A stretch of 32,000 bases of DNA. Origin: Staphylothermus marinus F1 (GTDB lineage: Archaea > Thermoproteota > Thermoprotei_A > Sulfolobales > Desulfurococcaceae). The notes below the pieces were generated by a model. It worked only from the letters and a program-made list of their open reading frames with translations, did no database searches and had not been told where the DNA came from. The stretch is taken from contig NC_009033.1 of the NCBI RefSeq assembly GCF_000015945.1, forward strand, positions 1,170,001-1,202,000, written 5' to 3'. Each line of letters starts with the position of its first letter. The stretch's first letter is position 1. Shown one piece after another: positions 27,001 through 32,000 of the stretch. The position numbers and the translations under genes were made by a program.

Positions 27001-27200
27001 AGCAGGTTAAAATGAAGGAATTCATGAAATTCATTGATAAAGTATTCGAGGAATACGATGAAATAGAATATAAGGAATTATATAATCTAGCTAAAGAGAA
27101 AGGATTTGATAAAGAATTCGTTATTGAAATGATAAGACGGCTTAAAAAAGACGGACTAGTATATGAGCCGAGACCAGGTGTTTTATCAAAAGTATATTGA
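24057..27200 (+). CDS. mcm: MCM replicative helicase precursor containing one intein
   Basis: Zn motif CGAEFEWP..CPICG, Walker A LLVGDPGTAKSQ, Walker B ACIDEIDKM, arginine finger SRFDLIF, and a C-terminal wHTH. TTG start 7 nt after GAGGAGGA. The protein is 697 aa once the insert is removed. Confidence 0.95.
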   Translation: MTYTLEKEKTEPDLVTRFKRFLWDFRDRRTGMFKYRERISHMALMGQRSLLIDFNDITLFDRGLAHIIENNPDTAIEAASIAIKELMRRENPEYAESVDKFYPRFRNPSKVLRIRELTSEYIGKFVAVEGILTRLTRVEARLVKAVFKHAECGAEFEWPEEGEMGERIEKPSYCPICGKTGKFQLLLNKSRFIDWQKIVVQEKPEEIPPGQIPRSIEVVLTGDLVDSARPGDRVLVTGILRVMPTSSVQRGIGKSVFGFYLEANYVDVQQKVLEEIEITREDEDKIKELARDPWIREKIIASIAPAIYGHWNIKEAIALLLFGGVPKLLPDGTRIRGDIHILLVGDPGTAKSQMLQYTAKIAPRGIYTSGKGSTAAGLTASVLRDKATGEYYLEAGALVLADGGVACIDEIDKMREEDRSAIHEALEQQSYHKDFKIMLADGRKVRIGDLVDELIGKNREKVIKGKDTEILFVDDLFLLSYNMRSGEQVLVKADRVSRHKAPDQFIKLRFSNGAEIIVTPEHPVLIINNGKIKTVRADTVRKGTLTIGVLGHKIIKEVNEDDIINNIRRKIVLDKELPYIHAKNISEAVEMRDQLMSIDIPTFIVKHKNEIRLYPSGPCSLRRLLLMHGVEEVVFSDELLYEIMNCHLYPATWYELLYSMGLTKIAKELNVYDFEILAGIIKKVEKEVIMLSQVLGLRNETQTELLHLKSRRELLIRLKDKLDMLRKRLKDLEEALGKDAVIRMITDVEVIKNTDSDWVYDITIEPYHLFVSDGLILHNTVSIAKAGIVARLNARASVLAAGNPKLGRYDHSLPVSKNIDLPPPILSRFDLIFIVEDIPEKTKDTLLAKHILDIHTDYEKAKPLIDTQLLKKYISYARRYIRPKLTQEAKKLLLDFYVNMRLSGVKASKEGPPAIAMTPRQLEALIRLSEAHAKMALKTKATIEDAEEAIRLMYYSLRKVGYDVKSGRLDIDLVELGVSRSKQVKMKEFMKFIDKVFEEYDEIEYKELYNLAKEKGFDKEFVIEMIRRLKKDGLVYEPRPGVLSKVY
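25344..26393 (+). mobile_element. Intein (350 aa) inserted in MCM between ...IHEALEQQ and TVSIAKAG...
   Basis: Ser1 with block A SYHKDFKIMLADGRKVRIGDLV, block B TPEHPVL, blocks F/G DWVYDITIEPYHLFVSDGLILHN followed by Thr+1. The insert is in frame, 1050 nt. Confidence 0.9.
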
Positions 27201-27266
27201 TCAGTGGGGCGAAAGAAGTTTTCTTCACAGCCAACAGGCTCAATGCTGGAACGCCTCATCACACGA
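27198..27266 (-). ncRNA. Candidate C/D box sRNA
   Basis: Minus strand reads GUGAUGA (perfect C box) -GGCGUUCCAGCA (12 nt)- UUGA (D') -GCCUGUUGGCU- GUGAAGA (C') -17 nt- CUGA (perfect D box). It is a GC-rich island directly after the MCM stop. Confidence 0.5.
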
Positions 27267-27336
27267 ATAAAATTAATAAGCCAAACAAACTCATAAACCT
27301 TTAAGACAGCAACATTTTAGAAATGGTGTAATCTAA

Positions 27337-27588
27337 ATGGCGGAGAAATCACCGAAATACGTGGTAAGAGTTGGAGATAAAGAAATAGAGATAAATGAGG
27401 AAACACTTGAGATCATAAAAGAGTACCTGCATAGACCTATGAGCCTAGATGAACTAGCCGATAAACTGAATCTTGAAAGCTGGGAAGAAGCATATGAATT
27501 CATCAAGAAAGTACCTGCATGGATAATATGGACCCCGCCAGCACTATGGAAGTATAGATCTGAATGGATAAGTAGGAAGACGCAGTGA
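27337..27588 (+). CDS. Small acidic hypothetical protein (83 aa)
   Basis: ATG preceded by GGTG, with coding-like composition. No family recognised. Confidence 0.55.
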   Translation: MAEKSPKYVVRVGDKEIEINEETLEIIKEYLHRPMSLDELADKLNLESWEEAYEFIKKVPAWIIWTPPALWKYRSEWISRKTQ

Positions 27589-27618
27589 GATACTGTAGTA
27601 GTGTTTTTCAATATAACA

Positions 27619-27882
27619 TCAGCGGAGCTTGTTTAAAATACTTTCCAACAAGCTATTAGTTTTTAAATAGTAAAATCTATATTTACCAACATTTTTCGTT
27701 CCAACAATGTTAGCTCTTCTAAGAACAGCTAAATGATGGGAAACCAAGCTTTGTTCAAGACCTAAAATAGACGAGATAATACAAACTGGAAGCTCTATTT
27801 GAGAGAGCAAAATGACTATTTTTAGCCTACGGGATTAGATAAGATGCTAAGATGTTCTGCTATTTTGTTAAGCTTTTATCAT
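27619..27882 (-). pseudogene. ArsR/SmtB-family wHTH regulator disrupted by two apparent frameshifts
   Basis: The intact ORF 27619-27810 encodes only the helix-turn-helix and wing (ELPVCIISSILGLEQSLVSHHLAVLRRANIV..GKYRFYYL). The missing N-terminus reads in another frame directly upstream (KLNKIAEHLSILSNPV, then RLKIVILL in the ORF frame). The ATG at 27882 is in a frame that stops after 4 codons. Confidence 0.6.
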
Positions 27883-28278
27883 TTGGAATTATAACTTCTT
27901 TTGAACTTTATCTCCCAGGTTCTTGTATACTTCAGTACTACATCCTAAAGGTTTTTTCTTAAACAGTTCACTAAAAGACACTGTCATCTTATATGTTTTC
28001 TCGGACATGTTAATCTCCATTATTTATTTATATTTTGTACCCTCTTCCTTAATTATATCTACCATAGTATAATCGCCAATATAACCCATTGGATGATCTG
28101 AGATGTTAATGTGATGTAAAGGTAGTTAGGTATATGATGTTATATAAAATTCTGTTGTATGACTGAAATGAATGCATATGAGTGGCAAAGAGGAAATAAA
28201 AAAGGATGCTCTTGGCAATAATAAGGGATTTTTCTAATGAAAACTGGTGGGGTATTCCTCGGAAGAAAAAACCAATAG

Positions 28279-28387
28279 TGGGGCCGCCGGGATTTGAACC
28301 CGGGATCACCGGCGCTCTGTGACACCAGGCCTGGCTAGCGGGGTGTCCCCCCAGGCCGGCATCCTAGCCAGGCTAGACTACGGCCCC
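28279..28387 (-). tRNA. tRNA-Pro(GGG) with an intron of about 34 nt; CCA not encoded
   Basis: Acceptor GGGGCCG/CGGCCCC, D arm GTCT..GGAT, anticodon stem CCGGC/GCCGG enclosing 41 nt (CUGGGG + insert + C), T arm CCGGG-TTCAAAT-CCCGG, discriminator A. The insert contains the stem GACACC/GGUGUC. Confidence 0.85.
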
Positions 28388-28493
28388 CTTCTTTTTCATT
28401 AAAGTTATTTAGAGATTTTATATTTTATTAAACAATAACCGAATAGTTAGAATACTTTCGCCCACCACTCTCCCACTTTTAAATAAAATCTTG

Positions 28494-28596
28494 GGTATTA
28501 CCGTATTCCTTGTTGAAATAAAATGGTATTACTATAGAAGAAATTAATAGATATTATTTAATCATTCATTGAAAGTATTACTAGCCAGTATTACTA
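28494..28596. repeat. Four direct copies of GTATTAC (three as GTATTACTA) upstream of the Zn-ribbon gene
   Basis: Copies start at 28495, 28526, 28575 and 28588. The last two are 13 nt apart. Confidence 0.5.
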
Positions 28597-28634
28597 AATA
28601 TAAATTTTACAAATTTAAATAAGTGGTGAAATAC

Positions 28635-28931
28635 ATGCCGGTGAAATATGTTTGCAAACACTGTGGAAACGTATTATGGGAGTTTAAAGAGGTTGGCCAA
28701 GACTACTATGGTATACCTACACCTGAAGAAGTCATCCGTGTTTATGGAGGTATTTGTCCAAGATGCAAACACGATCTATCAATACCTTCGATAAACGATA
28801 TTTCCATTAAAATAATGAGACGTTATTCGTTGATAAGCGCGTTAGAGAGAAAACTTATGAATGAGAAATCCAGCAGTCTGTTGAATATGAATATAAGGGC
28901 AGGTAACTTTATGGCTGCTCAAGAGATTTAA
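28635..28931 (+). CDS. Small C4 zinc-ribbon protein, hypothetical
   Basis: CKHCG...CPRCKH. ATG 28635 lies 5 nt after GGTGA; the track start is GTG 28623. Confidence 0.6.
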   Translation: MPVKYVCKHCGNVLWEFKEVGQDYYGIPTPEEVIRVYGGICPRCKHDLSIPSINDISIKIMRRYSLISALERKLMNEKSSSLLNMNIRAGNFMAAQEI

Positions 28932-29715
28932 TTAATGGTGATATATCCTTAATAGAAAGAGTTTTCTTGTACTTCTTTAGTAGTTTGATAATTTGATTTC
29001 TATTTAGTCCTAGAAGATTCACTAGTTCTTCTCTATGATTATATCTGTATAGAAGAAAAGACATAAACATTGTTAAATTATGAGGTTTCCTATAACCACT
29101 GCTTTCCCAATCTATTATTTTAACGTGTTCGCCTTTGCAGATGTATAGGTGATCATAAGGTCTGTTCAGTTCTCCGTGATCAATATTCAGTTTATCAATG
29201 AAATACAGTGCTAGAATTACTTTCTTAAGCAATTTCATAGTTCTTTTCCTATCTTTTCTAATCAAGCTTTGTGTAATTACTTTGTCTATACTAATACATT
29301 TTTGGGGATCAAGGTATTCCATAAATATGAATTCGTTGCTCCATAGATATAATTGTGGAACCAATAATGTTTTATCAAGATAATCAAGTATCATGCCTTC
29401 ATAGCCTAAACTTGATCTCCTACTATCGAGTCTACGGAGCTTTAAAGCTCCATATCCATAAAATTTGTTATGAGCCAATACAATTATTGATGAATATCCC
29501 TTGCCAATAATTTTGTATCCAAGAATATTTTTGCCTGTTTCAACAATATAGTCGAAACCGGATTTTTTAAGAAGGAGAAGTCTTTTTTCATAAAGGGAAC
29601 AACTAGTTTTCGGAAAGCAAAGAATATAGGAGAGGAACTCATCTGTTGATTCATTTGCTATTCTATGCACTTCTCCATCCATTTCGGTCTTCTTAAAATA
29701 GATTTCATTAACCAT
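28909..29715 (-). CDS. Atypical protein-kinase-fold protein (RIO/Bud32-like, COG2112-type)
   Basis: Glycine-loop-like IGKGYSSIIV, a lysine in ALKLRR, a catalytic-loop-like IDHGELNRPYDHLYI, and a metal-binding-like KIIDWESS. ATG 29715 is preceded by AGGAGG 8 nt upstream. Confidence 0.7.
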   Translation of the reverse strand: MVNEIYFKKTEMDGEVHRIANESTDEFLSYILCFPKTSCSLYEKRLLLLKKSGFDYIVETGKNILGYKIIGKGYSSIIVLAHNKFYGYGALKLRRLDSRRSSLGYEGMILDYLDKTLLVPQLYLWSNEFIFMEYLDPQKCISIDKVITQSLIRKDRKRTMKLLKKVILALYFIDKLNIDHGELNRPYDHLYICKGEHVKIIDWESSGYRKPHNLTMFMSFLLYRYNHREELVNLLGLNRNQIIKLLKKYKKTLSIKDISPLIKSLEQP

Positions 29716-31082
29716 TTACTAATTCCTCCTTGGCCCCATATTTTTTCTAAAAAGTCTCTTGTTACAACGTGTATTTTCGGAGTTAGCCCTTTGAAATGAG
29801 GAGTGACAATATATTCCCAGCTCCTTTCGATAAGGAGATTTTGAGCACTCTCATATTTTCTTTTTTTGAGAGATACTAGTTGTCCATGCATATTGATCCA
29901 TGGGCCTATAGCGTTGTGTTCAATGTGTTTAGCTATAAACCTTAGAACTCTATCTTTGGCCCAATATTCAGGTCCTTTATATAGTCTAGGATTTTTCTTT
30001 TCACAGTAATCGAGCTCATATAGTATATATGATTTTTCTTTTTCATCCGTCCAAACATCCCAGTATATCACATTGAAATCATTGTTAATAAGAACCTTAG
30101 CTCCTCGATCCCCTACTCTCTGAATCTCTCCCCAAATAATATCTGGAGGTAACTTCTCCTTTAATGGCAATTCAACAAGTAATAAACATCTATTATCCAA
30201 GGATTCAACTACTATTTCTTGATTAAGAGTTTGTTCATCAAAGAAAAACACTAGATCAGGTTTTCTAAGATAACATCTTGAAGCCACCACGAATATAGCT
30301 AAACTTCTCAGAGAAACAGATGCAGCAGCATTCCTATATGGATCAACCGGATCTGGGATGTATAGAACTGATTCGGGATATTTTTGCTTTAAAAGCCTTT
30401 TTATTTTTTTGAATTCTTCCTCGTTATCCAGTGTGTTAATATATACTGGATGCTTCCAATTAGTTGCTTCTCTAAGTAGGTTTCTAAAACTACCATATTT
30501 TATTATTAAAAGCTCAGCGACATATCCGGAAAATCCCTTAGTTTTTATTTCTGCTCCATAAATACCGAGATTCTTTAGGAATTTTTTAAGTATGCGAACC
30601 TGATCCCTCATTTTATCGTCTAGTTTTGAGTTAACATATTGTGTATGAAATGGAGTGCGGTCAACTGCTGTTCTAATATCTTTATTGCTGACAACCTCGT
30701 ATCCAGGAACAAGATCCGCTCTTATATCTCCTATATAAACTCTAACATATGGATGTTGAGAATATCGTATTTCATATTTTCCAATTCTTTTCGCTGCTTC
30801 TAATAATATATTAAAACCTTTATCCCTTAGATCCTCTATACTCCAATCAGGTGGAAACAATACAAATACATCGAGATCATTGTCTCCCGACAGCCAAGTA
30901 TCATGCGCAAAACTTCCTTGAAGAGTTACTTTTGCTTTTACATTATTTTCTTTTAAGACATTTTCAACATGTTTTTTAATAAAATTGAATGCTTTCCTTA
31001 ACTTACTATATTCTTCTTCTTTAGGCTTTATTCTAGCAAGAACGAGTTTTTCTATATAATCATATTTATCGTTTGAAACCAT
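29658..31082 (-). CDS. cca: CCA-adding enzyme (class I archaeal tRNA nucleotidyltransferase)
   Basis: LQGSFAHDTWLSGDNDLDVFVLFP nucleotidyltransferase motif, RTPFHT, and a length of 474 aa. Confidence 0.92.
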   Translation of the reverse strand: MVSNDKYDYIEKLVLARIKPKEEEYSKLRKAFNFIKKHVENVLKENNVKAKVTLQGSFAHDTWLSGDNDLDVFVLFPPDWSIEDLRDKGFNILLEAAKRIGKYEIRYSQHPYVRVYIGDIRADLVPGYEVVSNKDIRTAVDRTPFHTQYVNSKLDDKMRDQVRILKKFLKNLGIYGAEIKTKGFSGYVAELLIIKYGSFRNLLREATNWKHPVYINTLDNEEEFKKIKRLLKQKYPESVLYIPDPVDPYRNAAASVSLRSLAIFVVASRCYLRKPDLVFFFDEQTLNQEIVVESLDNRCLLLVELPLKEKLPPDIIWGEIQRVGDRGAKVLINNDFNVIYWDVWTDEKEKSYILYELDYCEKKNPRLYKGPEYWAKDRVLRFIAKHIEHNAIGPWINMHGQLVSLKKRKYESAQNLLIERSWEYIVTPHFKGLTPKIHVVTRDFLEKIWGQGGISKWLMKSILRRPKWMEKCIE

Positions 31083-31654
31083 TATTCCCTAGCCTTTGCT
31101 ACACATATGTCTCTGTAGATTGGCCCACTAGGGGTTAAAATACTTCTTTTTAATACTATTCTGTCAACCAAGACTTCGCCGAAATCAGTATCAGCTATAC
31201 TCTCTATGATCTTTACTAGCCTTGAAATATTTCTGCCGCTTTTCACTCTAGCTAATGTAATATGGGGTATGAATTTTTCTCTCTGTGGAGGAACTCCATG
31301 TTTTCTAAGGATTTTTTCCACAATATCATGTAGTTTAGAAAGATTCTCTACTCCTTGACTAACTCCAGCCCATATAACTCTTGGTCTTGCAATATTTGGG
31401 AAGACACCAACACCTTTTATTCTTATCTTAAACGGTTCAAACTCTATTTTTCCTAGATCATTACATATACTGTTTACTAAATGTAATGGTGTCTCACCAA
31501 TGAATCTCAATGTGATATGCATGTTTTCAGTAGCGACTGGTTTTAAATCAGCTTTGCTTTCCAGCAGTAAATCTCTGATTTTGCTGAGCTGGTCTAGTAC
31601 ATTAGGTTCTAATATATCGATTGCTACAAATACTCTAAGATTCTCCCCGGACAT
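31082..31654 (-). CDS. thpR: RNA 2',3'-cyclic phosphodiesterase / 2'-5' RNA ligase family (ThpR/LigT)
   Basis: Two HxTx motifs (HITLRF and HITLAR). ATG 31654 is preferred because GGAGAGG lies 9 nt upstream and the N-terminus reads MSGENLRVFVAIDI. The stop overlaps the cca ATG (TAATG). Confidence 0.85.
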   Translation of the reverse strand: MSGENLRVFVAIDILEPNVLDQLSKIRDLLLESKADLKPVATENMHITLRFIGETPLHLVNSICNDLGKIEFEPFKIRIKGVGVFPNIARPRVIWAGVSQGVENLSKLHDIVEKILRKHGVPPQREKFIPHITLARVKSGRNISRLVKIIESIADTDFGEVLVDRIVLKRSILTPSGPIYRDICVAKARE

Positions 31655-31787
31655 TATTCGCATCCTCTCCCTACTAGCTCTATGATTAGAAAATAATAAA
31701 TTCAAAGCTAATAAACAGTATTGGTTAAAACAAGTTATTAACATCAATTATGTGAAAACAACTAGCTTAGACGCCTAGGTGTTCATA

Positions 31788-32000
31788 ATGAAACTATTTA
31801 TAGTATTAGTAGCAGGCATGCCTGGTGCCGGCAAAAGCATAGTTTCTAAGGCAGCTCGAGACCTAGGTCTCCCAGTATATAATATGGGGGATGTTATTAG
31901 GATGGAAACATCAAGGCTTTACGGGATAATAACTCCTGAAACTATGCGCGAAACATCTAGAAGAGTCAGAAAATTATATGGTGAAGACTATGTTGCTAGA
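31788..32000 (+). CDS. P-loop nucleotide kinase-like protein (UPF0200 / adenylate-kinase-like); partial, 3' end outside the window
   Basis: MKLFIVLVAGMPGAGKSIVSKAARDLGLPVYNMGDVIR. Open to the window edge, with AGGTG 7 nt upstream of the ATG. Confidence 0.7.
   Translation, partial: MKLFIVLVAGMPGAGKSIVSKAARDLGLPVYNMGDVIRMETSRLYGIITPETMRETSRRVRKLYGEDYVAR

Noticed and set aside
26939-27611. Track ORFs 26939..27262(-) and 27333..27611(-)
   Set aside because: The first is antisense to the MCM C-terminus and overlaps the sRNA candidate. The second is antisense to the SD-preceded 83-aa plus-strand ORF. Both are S/L/I-rich shadow products.
28100-28170. GUGAUGU ... AUGAUGU ... CUGA on the plus strand downstream of tRNA-Pro as another C/D sRNA
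   Set aside because: The boxes are imperfect, the spacings (12/0/22 nt) do not fit, and the segment is very AT-rich, unlike the two better candidates.
28106-28325. Track ORFs 28106..28309(-) and 28140..28325(-)
   Set aside because: Their 5' parts are simply translations of the tRNA-Pro gene (PGFKSRRP = GGATTTGAACCCGG region), so they are not coding.
1-32000. CRISPR arrays, IS elements, integrases, and att-like duplications of tRNA 3' halves
   Set aside because: Scanning both strands showed no regularly spaced repeats, no transposase or integrase-like ORFs, and no second copy of the tRNA-Pro or tRNA-Gly 3' half beyond the shared T-arm consensus.

Overview
AT-rich archaeal chromosome segment with a crenarchaeal gene set: eS25, RFC small and large subunits, GINS23-MCM, Orc1/Cdc6, class I CCA-adding enzyme and an intron-containing tRNA. 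Many starts are preceded by GGTG/GGAGG Shine-Dalgarno-like boxes, and TTG/GTG starts are frequent. I can support about 37 protein genes, 2 tRNAs, 2 candidate C/D box sRNAs, 1 intein and 2-3 decayed genes. Layout: (i) 1.9-9.9 kb holds a MoxR AAA+ / DUF58 / double TM-anchored vWA (Bat-like) locus. It also carries a tandem PRC-barrel-like protein, a catalytically eroded ABC-type ATPase and three unassignable membrane or surface proteins. This is my best candidate for an undescribed system. (ii) 10-14.2 kb holds aldo/keto reductase, a TauE-like permease, gamma-glutamyltransferase, tRNA-Gly and eS25. (iii) 14.5-16.8 kb holds a 522-aa coiled-coil protein and a polytopic membrane protein. (iv) 17-19.5 kb holds TrkH/TrkA and a THUMP-like protein. 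(v) 19.5-27.2 kb is a replisome island: orc1/cdc6, a small wHTH, rfcS-rfcL and gins23-mcm, with a 350-aa intein in MCM. (vi) 27.2-28.6 kb is a decaying patch: a frameshifted arsR-like gene, stop-interrupted small ORFs, an intron-containing tRNA-Pro and a repeated 7-mer. (vii) 28.9-31.7 kb holds a translationally coupled thpR-cca-kinase operon. I saw no CRISPR array, transposase or integrase. All family calls come from motif recognition by eye; no database search or folding program was run.
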